Counted from the stretch's first letter, positions 9,411-22,591 are shown. The stretch: DNA of 23,614 nt from Escherichia coli (GCF_003334315.1 NZ_QOWR01000066.1), one strand, 5' to 3'. Notes: generated from the letters alone by a model not told the origin. Made by a program: numbers and translations.

Positions 9411-9438
9411 AAGGGCCGGGGAATTTCATTCGGCCCAT
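9411..9438. terminator. Hairpin between convergent ybeQ and ybeL; possible bidirectional terminator
   Basis: AAGGGCCGGGGAATTTCATTCGGCCC has a GGGCCG/CGGCCC stem with flanking A/T runs. Confidence 0.4.
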
Positions 9439-9469
9439 ATTCTCTTTATTGCTGTGCGAAATCAGACTA

Positions 9470-9952
9470 TTACGGCTCAAACGGGCGTCTCTGGAACTGG
9501 TCATGACCACATTTCGGGCATAGCGTCAGCACTTCCGGTGTGTAGATCGGGAGATGGAAGTGACATTTCTCGCAGACCAGATTTCCCAGCCCGACCACTT
9601 CTCCGCTGTGATAAACCCCATGATGATTGAGGTCCTGGAAAACTTCGCGCCATTCAAGCTGCGTTTTATCGGTGATGTCTGCCAGCTCCTGCCACAAGCT
9701 TTCTTTAATCACCCGCATAAAGACGCTGTCAGATTCTTCTTTCAGGCTCTCTTCATAGCTCATGGCGAACTCTTCCAGGTCACGTCTGACAGCTCGCGTC
9801 AGCTCATCGACCTCGGTTCGCGTTAACTCCCCTGTTTTTATTACGCGCTCGCGCGCCTGTTCCACCAGTGCGTCGATATCACGTTCGCCATTGCGCAGGC
9901 GTTCGCTCAGTGACGCAACCAGTTCACGGTAATATTGAGCAACCTTGTTCAT
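9470..9952 (-). CDS. ybeL: DUF1451-family protein YbeL with C-terminal zinc-ribbon
   Basis: 160-aa ORF MNKVAQYYRELVASLSERL... with a C-terminal CEKC...CPKC pair. Matches recalled YbeL. Confidence 0.85.
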   Translation of the reverse strand: MNKVAQYYRELVASLSERLRNGERDIDALVEQARERVIKTGELTRTEVDELTRAVRRDLEEFAMSYEESLKEESDSVFMRVIKESLWQELADITDKTQLEWREVFQDLNHHGVYHSGEVVGLGNLVCEKCHFHLPIYTPEVLTLCPKCGHDQFQRRPFEP

Positions 9953-10186
9953 CGTTTCATCTCCCGGGTCGTTAACTGACTATAATAATAGACGTTCTTT
10001 GTTCCTTGCTTTGCTAATACGCCCACAAACTCTGTAAATTAATGTATGAATAATCCGGGCATCATTTCAACGTCGAGTGCGCGAAAGGCTGTTTTGACGC
10101 GGACGTTTGGGCTATGCTATGCGGATCTGAAAAACCACCTCAACGCTACATTTGTAGCCGTATTGAAAACAGGACCACTGGCTGCC

Positions 10187-12769
10187 ATGCAAGAGCAATA
10201 CCGCCCGGAAGAGATAGAATCCAAAGTACAGCTTCATTGGGATGAGAAGCGCACATTTGAAGTAACCGAAGACGAGAGCAAAGAGAAGTATTACTGCCTG
10301 TCTATGCTTCCCTATCCTTCTGGTCGACTACACATGGGCCACGTACGTAACTACACCATCGGTGACGTGATCGCCCGCTACCAGCGTATGCTGGGCAAAA
10401 ACGTCCTGCAGCCGATCGGCTGGGACGCGTTTGGTCTGCCTGCGGAAGGCGCGGCGGTGAAAAACAACACCGCTCCGGCACCGTGGACGTACGACAACAT
10501 CGCGTATATGAAAAACCAGCTCAAAATGCTGGGCTTTGGTTATGACTGGAGCCGCGAGCTGGCAACCTGTACGCCGGAATACTACCGTTGGGAACAGAAA
10601 TTCTTCACCGAGCTGTATAAAAAAGGCCTGGTATATAAGAAGACTTCTGCGGTCAACTGGTGCCCGAACGACCAGACCGTACTGGCGAACGAACAAGTTA
10701 TCGACGGCTGCTGCTGGCGCTGCGATACCAAAGTTGAACGTAAAGAGATCCCGCAGTGGTTTATCAAAATCACTGCTTACGCTGACGAGCTGCTCAACGA
10801 TCTGGATAAACTGGATCACTGGCCAGACACCGTTAAAACCATGCAGCGTAACTGGATCGGTCGTTCCGAAGGCGTGGAGATCACCTTCAACGTTAACGAC
10901 TATGACAACACGCTGACCGTTTACACTACCCGCCCGGACACCTTTATGGGTTGTACCTACCTGGCGGTAGCTGCGGGTCATCCGCTGGCGCAGAAAGCGG
11001 CGGAAAATAATCCTGAACTGGCGGCCTTTATTGACGAATGCCGTAACACCAAAGTTGCCGAAGCTGAAATGGCGACGATGGAGAAAAAAGGCGTCGATAC
11101 TGGCTTTAAAGCTGTTCACCCATTAACGGGCGAAGAAATTCCCGTTTGGGCAGCAAACTTCGTATTGATGGAGTACGGCACGGGCGCAGTTATGGCGGTT
11201 CCGGGTCACGACCAGCGCGACTACGAGTTTGCCTCTAAATACGGCCTGAACATCAAACCGGTTATCCTGGCAGCTGACGGCTCTGAGCCAGATCTTTCTC
11301 AGCAAGCCCTGACTGAAAAAGGCGTGCTGTTCAACTCTGGCGAGTTCAACGGTCTTGACCATGAAGCGGCCTTCAACGCCATCGCCGATAAACTGACTGC
11401 GATGGGCGTTGGCGAGCGTAAAGTGAACTACCGCCTGCGCGACTGGGGTGTTTCTCGTCAGCGTTACTGGGGCGCGCCGATTCCGATGGTGACGCTGGAA
11501 GACGGTACCGTAATGCCGACCCCGGACGACCAGCTGCCGGTGATCCTGCCGGAAGATGTGGTGATGGACGGCATTAACAGCCCGATTAAAGCAGATCCGG
11601 AGTGGGCAAAAACTACCGTTAACGGTATGCCAGCGCTGCGTGAAACCGACACTTTCGACACCTTTATGGAGTCCTCCTGGTACTATGCGCGCTACACTTG
11701 CCCAGAGTACAAAGAAGGTATGCTGGATTCCGAAGCGGCTAACTACTGGCTGCCGGTGGATATCTACATTGGTGGTATTGAACACGCCATTATGCACCTG
11801 CTCTACTTCCGCTTCTTCCACAAACTGATGCGTGATGCAGGCATGGTGAACTCTGACGAACCAGCGAAACAGTTGCTGTGTCAGGGTATGGTGCTGGCAG
11901 ATGCCTTCTACTATGTTGGCGAAAACGGCGAACGTAACTGGGTTTCCCCGGTTGATGCTATCGTTGAACGTGACGAGAAAGGCCGTATCGTGAAAGCGAA
12001 AGATGCGGCAGGCCATGAACTGGTTTATACCGGCATGAGCAAAATGTCCAAGTCGAAGAACAACGGTATCGACCCGCAGGTGATGGTTGAACGTTACGGC
12101 GCGGACACCGTTCGTCTGTTTATGATGTTTGCTTCTCCGGCTGATATGACTCTCGAATGGCAGGAATCCGGTGTGGAAGGGGCTAACCGCTTCCTGAAAC
12201 GTGTCTGGAAACTGGTTTACGAGCACACAGCAAAAGGTGATGTTGCGGCACTGAACGTTGATGCGCTGACTGAAGATCAGAAAGCGCTGCGTCGCGATGT
12301 GCATAAAACTATCGCTAAAGTGACCGATGATATCGGCCGTCGTCAGACCTTCAACACCGCAATTGCGGCGATTATGGAGCTGATGAACAAACTGGCGAAA
12401 GCACCAACCGATGGCGAGCAGGATCGCGCTCTGATGCAGGAAGCGCTGCTGGCCGTTGTCCGTATGCTTAACCCGTTCACCCCGCACATCTGCTTCACGC
12501 TGTGGCAGGAACTGAAAGGCGAAGGCGATATCGACAACGCGCCGTGGCCGGTTGCTGACGAAAAAGCGATGGTGGAAGACTCCACGCTGGTCGTGGTGCA
12601 GGTTAACGGTAAAGTCCGTGCCAAAATCACCGTTCCGGTGGACGCAACGGAAGAACAGGTTCGCGAACGTGCTGGCCAGGAACATCTGGTAGCAAAATAT
12701 CTTGATGGCGTTACTGTACGTAAAGTGATTTACGTACCAGGTAAACTCCTCAATCTGGTCGTTGGCTAA
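10187..12769 (+). CDS. leuS: Leucyl-tRNA synthetase
   Basis: Contains the class I aaRS HIGH motif ([15 protein letters not shown]) and KMSKS ([12 protein letters not shown]). Starting at ATG 10187 ([15 protein letters not shown]...) gives 860 aa, the canonical LeuS length. The ORF track's 10046 start is an in-frame upstream extension. Confidence 0.95.
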   Translation: MQEQYRPEEIESKVQLHWDEKRTFEVTEDESKEKYYCLSMLPYPSGRLHMGHVRNYTIGDVIARYQRMLGKNVLQPIGWDAFGLPAEGAAVKNNTAPAPWTYDNIAYMKNQLKMLGFGYDWSRELATCTPEYYRWEQKFFTELYKKGLVYKKTSAVNWCPNDQTVLANEQVIDGCCWRCDTKVERKEIPQWFIKITAYADELLNDLDKLDHWPDTVKTMQRNWIGRSEGVEITFNVNDYDNTLTVYTTRPDTFMGCTYLAVAAGHPLAQKAAENNPELAAFIDECRNTKVAEAEMATMEKKGVDTGFKAVHPLTGEEIPVWAANFVLMEYGTGAVMAVPGHDQRDYEFASKYGLNIKPVILAADGSEPDLSQQALTEKGVLFNSGEFNGLDHEAAFNAIADKLTAMGVGERKVNYRLRDWGVSRQRYWGAPIPMVTLEDGTVMPTPDDQLPVILPEDVVMDGINSPIKADPEWAKTTVNGMPALRETDTFDTFMESSWYYARYTCPEYKEGMLDSEAANYWLPVDIYIGGIEHAIMHLLYFRFFHKLMRDAGMVNSDEPAKQLLCQGMVLADAFYYVGENGERNWVSPVDAIVERDEKGRIVKAKDAAGHELVYTGMSKMSKSKNNGIDPQVMVERYGADTVRLFMMFASPADMTLEWQESGVEGANRFLKRVWKLVYEHTAKGDVAALNVDALTEDQKALRRDVHKTIAKVTDDIGRRQTFNTAIAAIMELMNKLAKAPTDGEQDRALMQEALLAVVRMLNPFTPHICFTLWQELKGEGDIDNAPWPVADEKAMVEDSTLVVVQVNGKVRAKITVPVDATEEQVRERAGQEHLVAKYLDGVTVRKVIYVPGKLLNLVVG

Positions 12770-12783
12770 GCGCGGGAGGAAGC

Positions 12784-13365
12784 GTGCGATATCTGGCAAC
12801 ATTGTTGTTATCTCTGGCGGTGTTAATCACCGCCGGGTGTGGCTGGCATCTGCGTGATACCACGCAGGTTCCTTCCACTATGAAGGTCATGATCCTGGAC
12901 TCAGGCGATCCGAACGGGCCATTAAGCCGTGCGGTGCGTAACCAGTTACGTCTGAATGGTGTCGAGTTGCTTGATAAAGAAACCACGCGTAAGGACGTTC
13001 CATCCCTGCGTTTGGGTAAAGTGAGCATCGCGAAAGATACCGCATCGGTATTCCGTAACGGTCAAACAGCAGAGTATCAGATGATCATGACGGTTAATGC
13101 GACCGTGTTGATCCCCGGCCGTGATATCTACCCGATTAGCGCCAAAGTCTTCCGTTCGTTCTTCGATAACCCGCAAATGGCGTTAGCGAAAGATAACGAA
13201 CAAGACATGATCGTAAAAGAGATGTACGACCGTGCTGCCGAACAGCTGATTCGTAAGCTGCCAAGCATCCGTGCTGCGGATATTCGTTCCGACGAAGAAC
13301 AGACGTCGACCACAACGGATACTCCGGCAACGCCTGCACGCGTCTCCACCACGCTGGGTAACTGA
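12784..13365 (+). CDS. lptE: LPS-assembly lipoprotein LptE (RlpB)
   Basis: 193-aa ORF with GTG start. Lipoprotein signal with lipobox ...VLITAG|C. Gene order leuS-lptE-holA is conserved. Confidence 0.9.
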
Positions 13366-14396
13366 TGATTCGGTTGTACCCGGAACAACTCCGCGCGCAG
13401 CTCAATGAAGGGCTGCGCGCGGCGTATCTTTTACTTGGTAACGATCCTCTGTTATTGCAGGAAAGCCAGGACGCTGTTCGTCAGGTAGCTGCGGCACAAG
13501 GATTCGAAGAACACCACACTTTTTCCATTGATCCCAACACTGACTGGAATGCGATCTTTTCGTTATGCCAAGCTATGAGTCTGTTTGCCAGTCGACAAAC
13601 GCTATTGCTGTTGTTACCAGAAAACGGACCGAATGCGGCGATCAATGAACAACTTCTCACACTCACCGGACTTCTGCATGACGACCTGCTGTTGATCGTC
13701 CGCGGTAATAAATTAAGCAAAGCGCAAGAAAATGCCGCCTGGTTTACTGCTCTTGCGAATCGCAGCGTGCAGGTGACCTGTCAGACACCGGAGCAGGCTC
13801 AGCTTCCCCGCTGGGTTGCTGCGCGCGCAAAACAGCTCAACTTAGAACTGGATGACGCGGCGAATCAGGTGCTCTGCTACTGTTATGAAGGAAACCTGCT
13901 GGCGCTGGCACAGGCACTGGAGCGTTTATCGCTACTCTGGCCGGACGGCAAACTGACATTACCGCGCGTTGAACAGGCGGTGAATGATGCCGCGCATTTC
14001 ACCCCTTTTCATTGGGTTGATGCTTTGTTGATGGGAAAAAGTAAGCGCGCGTTGCATATTCTTCAGCAACTGTGTCTGGAAGGCAGCGAGCCGGTTATTT
14101 TGTTGCGCACATTACAACGTGAACTGTTGTTACTGGTTAACCTGAAACGCCAGTCTGCCCATACGCCACTGCGTGCGTTGTTTGATAAGCATCGGGTATG
14201 GCAGAACCGCCGGGGCATGATGGGCGAGGCGTTAAATCGCTTAAGTCAGCCGCAGTTACGTCAGGCCGTGCAACTCCTGACACGAACGGAACTCACCCTC
14301 AAACAAGATTACGGTCAGTCAGTGTGGGCAGAGCTGGAAGGGTTATCTCTTCTGTTGTGCCATAAACCCCTGGCGGACGTATTTATCGACGGTTGA
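13365..14396 (+). CDS. holA: DNA polymerase III delta subunit
   Basis: 343-aa [37 protein letters not shown].... Its start overlaps the lptE stop (TGATG). Confidence 0.9.
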
Positions 14397-14397
14397 T

Positions 14398-15039
14398 ATG
14401 AAATCTTTACAGGCTCTGTTTGGCGGCACCTTTGATCCGGTGCACTATGGTCATCTAAAACCCGTGGAAACGCTGGCGAATTTGATTGGTCTGACGCGGG
14501 TCACAATCATCCCTAATAATGTTCCTCCGCATCGTCCCCAGCCGGAAGCGAACAGCGTGCAGCGTAAACACATGCTTGAACTGGCGATTGCCGACAAGCC
14601 ATTATTTACTCTTGATGAACGCGAGCTAAAGCGCAATGCCCCCTCTTACACTGCGCAAACACTGAAAGAGTGGCGGCAGGAACAAGGACCGGACGTGCCG
14701 CTGGCGTTTATTATTGGTCAGGATTCATTGCTGACCTTTCCGACCTGGTACGAATACGAAACGATACTCGACAATGCACATTTGATCGTCTGTCGGCGTC
14801 CAGGTTACCCACTTGAAATGGCGCAACCGCAATACCAGCAATGGCTGGAAGATCATTTGACACATAACCCGGAAGATCTTCACCTTCAGCCTGCCGGTAA
14901 AATTTATCTGGCTGAAACGCCGTGGTTTAACATCTCGGCGACCATCATCCGCGAACGTTTGCAAAACGGTGAATCGTGTGAGGATTTATTGCCGGAACCG
15001 GTATTGACGTACATTAACCAACAAGGCTTGTATCGCTGA
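14398..15039 (+). CDS. nadD: Nicotinate-nucleotide adenylyltransferase
   Basis: 213-aa ORF with the nucleotidyltransferase motif [11 protein letters not shown] near the N-terminus. The ATG lies 1 nt after the holA stop. Confidence 0.9.
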
Positions 15040-15059
15040 TACCTGTCGTTACGGAGGGC

Positions 15060-15674
15060 ATGATGCGACTGTGGTTAATTCGTCATGGCGAAACACAAGC
15101 GAATGTCGATGGTCTGTACAGCGGTCATGCGGCCACCCCCCTGACCGCACGCGGTATTGAGCAAGCGCAAAATCTGCATACACTGCTACATGATGTTTTC
15201 TTTGACCTGGTTTTATGCAGTGAACTGGAACGGGCACAGCATACCGCGCGACTGGTTCTCAGTGACCGCCAGCTCCCCGTTCATATCATCCCTGAACTCA
15301 ACGAAATGTTTTTTGGCGACTGGGAGATGCGACATCATCGCGACCTCATGCAAGAAGATGCCGAAAACTATAGCGCGTGGTGCAATGACTGGCAGCATGC
15401 TATCCCCACGAACGGTGAAGGATTTCAGGCATTTTCGCAACGTGTGGAACGCTTTATCGCAAGGCTTAGTGAATATCAGCACTATCAGAATATTTTAATC
15501 GTCAGCCATCAGGGCGTACTGAGTCTGTTAATTGCTCGTTTAATTGGCATGCCTGCCGAGTCTATGTGGCATTTTCGCGTTGACCAGGGGTGTTGGAGCG
15601 CCATTGATATCAACCAAAAATTCGCGACGCTACGCGTCCTCAATAGCCGTGCCATCGGGGTCGAGAATGCATGA
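15060..15674 (+). CDS. cobC: Adenosylcobalamin/alpha-ribazole phosphatase (histidine phosphatase family)
   Basis: LWLIRHGETQAN matches the RHG histidine-phosphatase motif. The start may be the second ATG at 15063. Confidence 0.85.
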   Translation: MMRLWLIRHGETQANVDGLYSGHAATPLTARGIEQAQNLHTLLHDVFFDLVLCSELERAQHTARLVLSDRQLPVHIIPELNEMFFGDWEMRHHRDLMQEDAENYSAWCNDWQHAIPTNGEGFQAFSQRVERFIARLSEYQHYQNILIVSHQGVLSLLIARLIGMPAESMWHFRVDQGCWSAIDINQKFATLRVLNSRAIGVENA

Positions 15675-15710
15675 CTTTTCTGTTTTTTTACGGGTAAGCC
15701 GCAACGACCA

Positions 15711-15738
15711 TTGACAGCCCCGGGCAGGCTGATATTCT
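15711..15738 (+). promoter_or_regulatory. Candidate sigma70 promoter in the cobC-rsfS intergenic region
   Basis: TTGACA at 15711-15716, a 16-bp spacer, then TATTCT at 15733-15738. Pattern match only. Confidence 0.3.
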
Positions 15739-15915
15739 CCGCAGCCAGACTTTTTCCGCCAGACACGACTTTGTAGAAATTGTTTTACAAAAATGGCGAT
15801 GCAATCTGCGGCGCGGGGTGGGATGATAGCCCACTTTCGAAAGCCGATTCGGCGACAATTGTCCCGAAATCGCCTCTGGTTCAGGTATACTGACAGACCA
15901 TTTTTATCTATTTGA

Positions 15916-16251
<336 letters not shown>

Positions 16252-16254
16252 TGC

Positions 16255-16722
16255 GTGAAGCTGCAACTTGTCGCCGTGGGAACGAAAATGCCGGACTGGG
16301 TACAAACCGGTTTTACCGAGTACCTGCGTCGTTTTCCGAAAGATATGCCCTTCGAGCTGATTGAAATTCCGGCCGGAAAACGCGGCAAGAATGCGGACAT
16401 CAAGCGCATACTCGACAAAGAGGGTGAGCAGATGTTGGCGGCCGCAGGCAAAAACCGCATTGTCACCCTCGATATTCCAGGCAAGCCCTGGGATACGCCG
16501 CAGTTAGCCGCTGAGCTGGAACGCTGGAAGCTGGATGGTCGCGACGTCAGTCTACTGATTGGCGGGCCTGAAGGGTTGTCGCCTGCCTGTAAAGCGGCGG
16601 CTGAGCAGAGCTGGTCGCTGTCGGCGCTTACCCTCCCCCATCCGCTGGTTCGCGTGCTGGTCGCAGAGAGTCTGTACCGGGCGTGGAGCATCACCACCAA
16701 CCATCCTTATCACCGTGAGTGA
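16255..16722 (+). CDS. rlmH: 23S rRNA (pseudouridine1915-N3)-methyltransferase RlmH
   Basis: 155-aa ORF with GTG start, 3 nt after the rsfS stop. Product [17 protein letters not shown].... Confidence 0.9.
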
Positions 16723-16752
16723 TAAGGGAGCTTTGAGTAGAAAACGCAGCGG

Positions 16753-18654
16753 ATGAAACTACAGAACTCTTTTCGCGACTATACGGCAGAGTCCGCGCTG
16801 TTTGTGCGCCGGGCGCTGGTCGCCTTTTTGGGGATTTTGCTGCTGACCGGCGTGCTTATCGCCAACCTGTATAATCTGCAAATTGTTCGCTTTACCGACT
16901 ACCAGACCCGCTCTAATGAAAACCGCATTAAGCTGGTGCCTATCGCGCCCAGCCGCGGCATTATCTATGACCGTAACGGTATCCCTCTGGCCCTCAACCG
17001 CACTATCTACCAGATAGAAATGATGCCGGAGAAAGTCGATAACGTGCAGCAAACGCTGGACGCTTTGCGCAGCGTGGTAGATCTGACCGATGACGATATT
17101 GCTGCATTCCGAAAAGAGCGCGCACGTTCACACCGTTTCACCTCTATTCCGGTGAAAACTAACCTGACCGAAGTACAAGTAGCTCGCTTTGCCGTCAATC
17201 AGTACCGTTTTCCGGGTGTTGAAGTTAAAGGCTATAAACGTCGTTACTATCCTTACGGTTCGGCGTTGACCCACGTCATCGGCTATGTGTCGAAAATCAA
17301 CGATAAAGACGTCGAACGCCTGAATAATGACGGCAAACTGGCCAACTATGCGGCAACGCATGATATCGGTAAGCTGGGCATTGAGCGTTACTATGAAGAC
17401 GTGCTGCACGGTCAGACCGGTTATGAAGAGGTTGAAGTTAACAACCGTGGGCGTGTTATCCGCCAGTTAAAAGAAGTACCACCGCAAGCCGGACACGATA
17501 TTTACCTGACGCTGGATCTCAAACTCCAGCAATATATTGAAACGCTACTGGCGGGTAGCCGCGCAGCTGTGGTAGTCACCGATCCGCGTACAGGTGGGGT
17601 GCTGGCGCTGGTTTCCACGCCTAGTTATGACCCAAACTTGTTTGTTGACGGTATCTCCAGCAAAGATTATTCCGCCTTGTTGAACGACCCGAATACACCG
17701 CTGGTGAACCGCGCTACACAGGGGGTTTATCCTCCCGCGTCTACAGTTAAACCCTATGTGGCGGTTTCGGCATTGAGCGCCGGGGTGATCACGCGCAATA
17801 CGACGCTGTTTGACCCTGGCTGGTGGCAACTGCCAGGTTCAGAAAAACGTTATCGTGACTGGAAAAAATGGGGCCACGGGCGTCTGAATGTCACAAGATC
17901 GCTGGAAGAATCTGCGGATACCTTCTTCTATCAGGTGGCCTACGATATGGGGATCGATCGCCTCTCCGAATGGATGGGTAAATTCGGTTATGGTCATTAC
18001 ACCGGTATCGACCTGGCGGAAGAACGTTCCGGCAACATGCCTACCCGCGAATGGAAACAGAAACGCTTTAAAAAACCGTGGTATCAGGGTGACACCATTC
18101 CGGTTGGTATCGGTCAGGGTTACTGGACAGCGACCCCAATCCAGATGAGTAAGGCACTGATGATCCTGATTAATGACGGTATCGTGAAGGTTCCGCATTT
18201 GCTGATGAGCACCGCCGAAGACGGCAAACAGGTGCCATGGGTACAACCGCATGAACCGCCCGTCGGCGATATTCATTCCGGTTACTGGGAGCTGGCGAAA
18301 GACGGTATGTACGGTGTTGCTAACCGCCCTAACGGTACGGCGCATAAATACTTTGCCAGCGCACCGTACAAAATTGCGGCGAAATCTGGTACCGCTCAGG
18401 TCTTCGGTCTGAAAGCGAACGAAACCTATAATGCGCACAAAATTGCCGAGCGTTTACGTGACCACAAACTGATGACCGCCTTTGCGCCATACAACAATCC
18501 GCAAGTGGCTGTCGCCATGATTCTGGAGAACGGCGGCGCGGGTCCGGCGGTTGGTACGCTGATGCGTCAGATCCTCGACCACATTATGCTGGGTGATAAC
18601 AACACCGATCTGCCTGCGGAAAATCCTGCGGTTGCCGCAGCGGAGGACCATTAA
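16753..18654 (+). CDS. mrdA: Penicillin-binding protein 2 (peptidoglycan transpeptidase)
   Basis: 633-aa ORF with the active-site SxxK (ASTVKPY) and KSG (AKSGTAQV) motifs and an N-terminal membrane anchor. Confidence 0.95.
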   Translation: MKLQNSFRDYTAESALFVRRALVAFLGILLLTGVLIANLYNLQIVRFTDYQTRSNENRIKLVPIAPSRGIIYDRNGIPLALNRTIYQIEMMPEKVDNVQQTLDALRSVVDLTDDDIAAFRKERARSHRFTSIPVKTNLTEVQVARFAVNQYRFPGVEVKGYKRRYYPYGSALTHVIGYVSKINDKDVERLNNDGKLANYAATHDIGKLGIERYYEDVLHGQTGYEEVEVNNRGRVIRQLKEVPPQAGHDIYLTLDLKLQQYIETLLAGSRAAVVVTDPRTGGVLALVSTPSYDPNLFVDGISSKDYSALLNDPNTPLVNRATQGVYPPASTVKPYVAVSALSAGVITRNTTLFDPGWWQLPGSEKRYRDWKKWGHGRLNVTRSLEESADTFFYQVAYDMGIDRLSEWMGKFGYGHYTGIDLAEERSGNMPTREWKQKRFKKPWYQGDTIPVGIGQGYWTATPIQMSKALMILINDGIVKVPHLLMSTAEDGKQVPWVQPHEPPVGDIHSGYWELAKDGMYGVANRPNGTAHKYFASAPYKIAAKSGTAQVFGLKANETYNAHKIAERLRDHKLMTAFAPYNNPQVAVAMILENGGAGPAVGTLMRQILDHIMLGDNNTDLPAENPAVAAAEDH

Positions 18655-18656
18655 TC

Positions 18657-19769
18657 ATGACGGATAATCCGAATAAAAAAACATTCTGGGATAAAGTCCA
18701 TCTCGATCCCACAATGCTGCTGATTTTACTGGCATTGCTGGTTTACAGCGCCCTGGTTATCTGGAGCGCCAGCGGTCAGGATATTGGCATGATGGAGCGT
18801 AAAATCGGCCAAATCGCGATGGGTCTGGTCATCATGGTGGTGATGGCGCAAATTCCTCCACGCGTTTATGAAGGCTGGGCCCCCTATCTCTATATCATCT
18901 GTATTATTTTGCTGGTGGCGGTAGATGCTTTCGGTGCCATCTCTAAAGGCGCTCAACGCTGGCTGGACCTCGGTATTGTTCGTTTTCAGCCGTCGGAAAT
19001 TGCCAAAATAGCCGTACCACTGATGGTTGCGCGCTTTATCAACCGCGACGTTTGCCCGCCATCGTTGAAGAACACTGGCATCGCGCTGGTACTGATATTT
19101 ATGCCCACGCTGCTGGTGGCTGCACAGCCTGACCTGGGAACATCAATCCTCGTTGCGCTTTCCGGTCTGTTTGTACTGTTCCTCTCTGGCCTTAGCTGGC
19201 GTCTGATTGGCGTCGCAGTAGTGCTGGTAGCGGCGTTCATTCCGATTCTGTGGTTCTTCCTGATGCATGATTACCAGCGCCAGCGCGTAATGATGCTCCT
19301 GGACCCGGAATCAGACCCACTCGGCGCGGGCTATCACATTATTCAGTCTAAAATTGCTATTGGCTCCGGCGGATTACGCGGCAAAGGCTGGCTGCACGGC
19401 ACTCAGTCACAGCTTGAATTTCTACCCGAACGCCATACCGACTTTATCTTCGCGGTACTGGCGGAAGAGCTGGGATTAGTGGGCATTCTGATTCTGCTCG
19501 CTCTCTACATTCTGCTGATCATGCGCGGGCTGTGGATAGCCGCCAGAGCGCAAACCACCTTTGGTCGCGTCATGGCTGGCGGCTTAATGCTGATATTATT
19601 CGTTTATGTCTTCGTAAATATTGGTATGGTAAGCGGTATTCTGCCGGTTGTAGGGGTTCCGCTCCCACTGGTCAGTTATGGAGGATCGGCGCTAATTGTG
19701 CTGATGGCTGGGTTCGGGATTGTAATGTCAATCCACACCCACAGGAAAATGTTGTCGAAAAGCGTGTAA
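18657..19769 (+). CDS. mrdB: SEDS-family peptidoglycan glycosyltransferase RodA
   Basis: 370-aa polytopic membrane ORF immediately downstream of mrdA (2-nt gap). Confidence 0.95.
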   Translation: MTDNPNKKTFWDKVHLDPTMLLILLALLVYSALVIWSASGQDIGMMERKIGQIAMGLVIMVVMAQIPPRVYEGWAPYLYIICIILLVAVDAFGAISKGAQRWLDLGIVRFQPSEIAKIAVPLMVARFINRDVCPPSLKNTGIALVLIFMPTLLVAAQPDLGTSILVALSGLFVLFLSGLSWRLIGVAVVLVAAFIPILWFFLMHDYQRQRVMMLLDPESDPLGAGYHIIQSKIAIGSGGLRGKGWLHGTQSQLEFLPERHTDFIFAVLAEELGLVGILILLALYILLIMRGLWIAARAQTTFGRVMAGGLMLILFVYVFVNIGMVSGILPVVGVPLPLVSYGGSALIVLMAGFGIVMSIHTHRKMLSKSV

Positions 19770-19779
19770 GAGGTGCGCA

Positions 19780-20868
19780 ATGCGTAAGCAGTGGCTCGGG
19801 ATCTGCATCGCGGCAGGAATGCTCGCGGCATGTACAAGCGATGATGGTCAGCAACAGACGGTAAGTGTACCGCAGCCTGCGGTATGTAACGGCCCCATAG
19901 TTGAAATTAGCGGGGCGGACCCGCGTTTCGAACCACTGAACGCGACGGCAAATCAGGATTACCAGCGCGACGGTAAAAGCTACAAAATCGTGCAGGATCC
20001 GTCTCGATTTAGCCAGGCGGGACTGGCGGCAATCTATGATGCCGAACCAGGCAGTAACCTGACGGCCTCTGGCGAAGCTTTCGATCCGACACAGCTGACG
20101 GCGGCCCATCCAACGCTTCCGATCCCCAGCTACGCCAGAATCACTAACCTGGCTAACGGGCGAATGATCGTGGTGCGCATTAATGATCGCGGCCCTTACG
20201 GCAACGACCGCGTTATTTCGCTTTCTCGCGCGGCAGCTGACCGTCTTAACACGTCAAACAACACCAAAGTTCGTATCGATCCGATTATTGTCGCCCAGGA
20301 TGGTTCGCTTTCTGGTCCTGGTATGGCTTGTACCACAGTCGCCAAACAGACTTACGCCCTGCCTGCACCTCCCGATTTAAGCGGTGGCGCGGGAACAAGT
20401 TCAGTGTCTGGCCCGCAGGGTGACATTCTTCCGGTCAGTAATTCGACGCTAAAAAGCGAAGATCCGACCGGCGCGCCGGTAACCAGTAGCGGTTTCCTCG
20501 GCGCACCAACGACCTTAGCGCCTGGTGTACTGGAAGGCAGCGAACCGACGCCTGCGCCACAGCCCGTTGTTACAGCTCCGTTGACAACGCCTGCAACCTC
20601 GCCTGCAATGGTGACACCGCAAGCCGTCTCGCAAAGCGCCAGCGGCAACTTTATGGTGCAAGTCGGGGCCGTAAGCGATCAGGCTCGTGCGCAACAGTAC
20701 CAACAGCAACTGGGACAGAAGTTCGGCGTCCCCGGTCGCGTAACTCAAAATGGCGCGGTCTGGCGGATCCAGCTTGGCCCATTCGCCAGCAAAGCCGAAG
20801 CCAGTACCTTGCAGCAACGTTTGCAAACCGAAGCCCAATTACAGTCATTTATTACTACCGCGCAGTAG
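19780..20868 (+). CDS. rlpA: Septal lipoprotein RlpA (DPBB plus SPOR domains)
   Basis: 362-aa ORF with lipobox LAA|C, a Pro/Thr/Ser/Ala-rich linker, and a C-terminal SPOR-like segment (FMVQVGAVSDQARAQQYQQQL...). Confidence 0.9.
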   Translation: MRKQWLGICIAAGMLAACTSDDGQQQTVSVPQPAVCNGPIVEISGADPRFEPLNATANQDYQRDGKSYKIVQDPSRFSQAGLAAIYDAEPGSNLTASGEAFDPTQLTAAHPTLPIPSYARITNLANGRMIVVRINDRGPYGNDRVISLSRAAADRLNTSNNTKVRIDPIIVAQDGSLSGPGMACTTVAKQTYALPAPPDLSGGAGTSSVSGPQGDILPVSNSTLKSEDPTGAPVTSSGFLGAPTTLAPGVLEGSEPTPAPQPVVTAPLTTPATSPAMVTPQAVSQSASGNFMVQVGAVSDQARAQQYQQQLGQKFGVPGRVTQNGAVWRIQLGPFASKAEASTLQQRLQTEAQLQSFITTAQ

Positions 20869-21006
20869 CGTAAAGCAGGCATCTGATGTGTCAATTTCTG
20901 TAAATGACGTTAACAAAGTCACGCGGAATGTCAGATGCCTGCCGGTAGTGCATTTGCTATAGTAGGGCACTTTTTTAATTCCATCACGGATGTCGTAGTT
21001 CAGACC

Positions 21007-22218
21007 ATGAATACCATTTTTTCCGCTCGTATCATGAAGCGCCTGGCGCTCACCACGGCTCTTTGCACAGCCTTTATCTCTGCTGCACATGCCGATGACC
21101 TGAATATCAAAACTATGATCCCGGGTGTACCGCAGATCGATGCGGAGTCCTACATCCTGATTGACTATAACTCCGGCAAAGTGCTCGCCGAACAGAACGC
21201 AGATGTCCGCCGCGATCCTGCCAGCCTGACCAAAATGATGACCAGTTACGTTATCGGCCAGGCAATGAAAGCCGGTAAATTTAAAGAAACTGATTTAGTC
21301 ACTATCGGCAACGACGCATGGGCCACCGGTAACCCGGTGTTTAAAGGTTCTTCGCTGATGTTCCTCAAACCGGGCATGCAGGTTCCGGTTTCTCAGCTGA
21401 TCCGCGGTATTAACCTGCAATCGGGTAACGATGCTTGTGTCGCCATGGCCGATTTTGCCGCTGGTAGCCAGGACGCTTTTGTTGGCTTGATGAACAGCTA
21501 CGTTAACGCACTGGGCCTGAAAAATACCCACTTCCAGACGGTACATGGTCTGGATGCTGATGGTCAGTACAGCTCCGCGCGAGATATGGCGCTGATCGGC
21601 CAGGCATTGATCCGTGACGTACCGAATGAATACTCGATCTATAAAGAAAAAGAATTTACGTTTAACGGTATTCGCCAGCTGAACCGTAACGGCCTGTTAT
21701 GGGATAACAGCCTGAATGTCGACGGCATCAAAACCGGACACACTGACAAAGCAGGTTACAACCTTGTTGCTTCTGCGACTGAAGGCCAGATGCGCTTGAT
21801 TTCTGCGGTAATGGGCGGACGTACTTTTAAAGGCCGTGAAGCCGAAAGTAAAAAACTGCTAACCTGGGGCTTCCGTTTCTTTGAAACCGTTAACCCACTG
21901 AAAGTAGGTAAAGAGTTCGCCTCTGAACCGGTTTGGTTTGGTGATTCTGATCGCGCTTCGTTAGGGGTTGATAAAGACGTGTACCTGACCATTCCGCGTG
22001 GTCGCATGAAAGATCTGAAAGCCAGCTATGTGCTGAACAGCAGTGAATTGCATGCGCCGCTGCAAAAGAATCAGGTCGTCGGAACTATCAACTTCCAGCT
22101 TGATGGCAAAACGATCGAGCAACGCCCGCTGGTTGTGTTGCAAGAAATCCCGGAAGGTAACTTCTTCGGCAAAATCATTGATTACATTAAATTAATGTTC
22201 CATCACTGGTTTGGTTAA
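21007..22218 (+). CDS. dacA: D-alanyl-D-alanine carboxypeptidase DacA (PBP5)
   Basis: Signal peptide [29 protein letters not shown], with SxxK (ASLTKMM), SGN and KTG (IKTGHT) motifs. Starting at 21007 gives 403 aa. The ORF track's 20935 start is an upstream extension. Confidence 0.9.
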
Positions 22219-22274
22219 AAATTAAACACTTGAAAGTGTAATTTCCGTCCCCATATACTAAGCATCAGTAAAAA

Positions 22275-22305
22275 ACTCCCGCCTTCTGGCGGGAGTTGCT
22301 ATTTA
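22275..22305 (+). terminator. Rho-independent terminator downstream of dacA
   Basis: ACTCCCGCC-TTCT-GGCGGGAGT perfect stem-loop followed by TGCTATTT. Confidence 0.6.
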
Positions 22306-22327
22306 ATTACGTTACGCCGGAGCTGAC

Positions 22328-22591
22328 ATGAAAACCAAACTTAACGAACTGCTTGAATTCCCTACTCCTTTTACTTACAAAGTTATGGGGCAGGCGTTAC
22401 CTGAGCTGGTTGATCAGGTGGTTGAAGTGGTACAGCGCCATGCGCCAGGTGACTACACCCCAACGGTAAAACCAAGCAGCAAAGGCAACTACCACTCGGT
22501 ATCTATCACTATCAACGCCACTCATATCGAGCAGGTTGAAACACTGTATGAAGAACTGGGCAAAATCGATATTGTCCGCATGGTTCTGTAA
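22328..22591 (+). CDS. ybeD: UPF0250-family small protein YbeD
   Basis: 87-aa [24 protein letters not shown]... in the conserved position upstream of lipB. Confidence 0.85.

Noticed and set aside
10046-10186. In-frame upstream extensions of leuS (from 10046), dacA (from 20935) and rihA (from 534)
   Set aside because: The internal ATGs give the canonical protein lengths and N-termini (860, 403 and 311 aa), and dacA's begins the signal peptide. The extensions look like untranslated leader sequence that happens to lack a stop.
11123-12802. Long antisense ORFs inside leuS (559 aa at 11123..12802 and 263 aa at 10328..11119) and inside mrdA (199 aa at 17839..18438)
   Set aside because: They lie entirely antisense to strongly supported conserved genes with recognisable motifs. 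Such long antisense ORFs are a common artifact of codon-biased, GC-rich genes. Their products are low-complexity, rich in Arg, His and Val, and lack recognisable domains.
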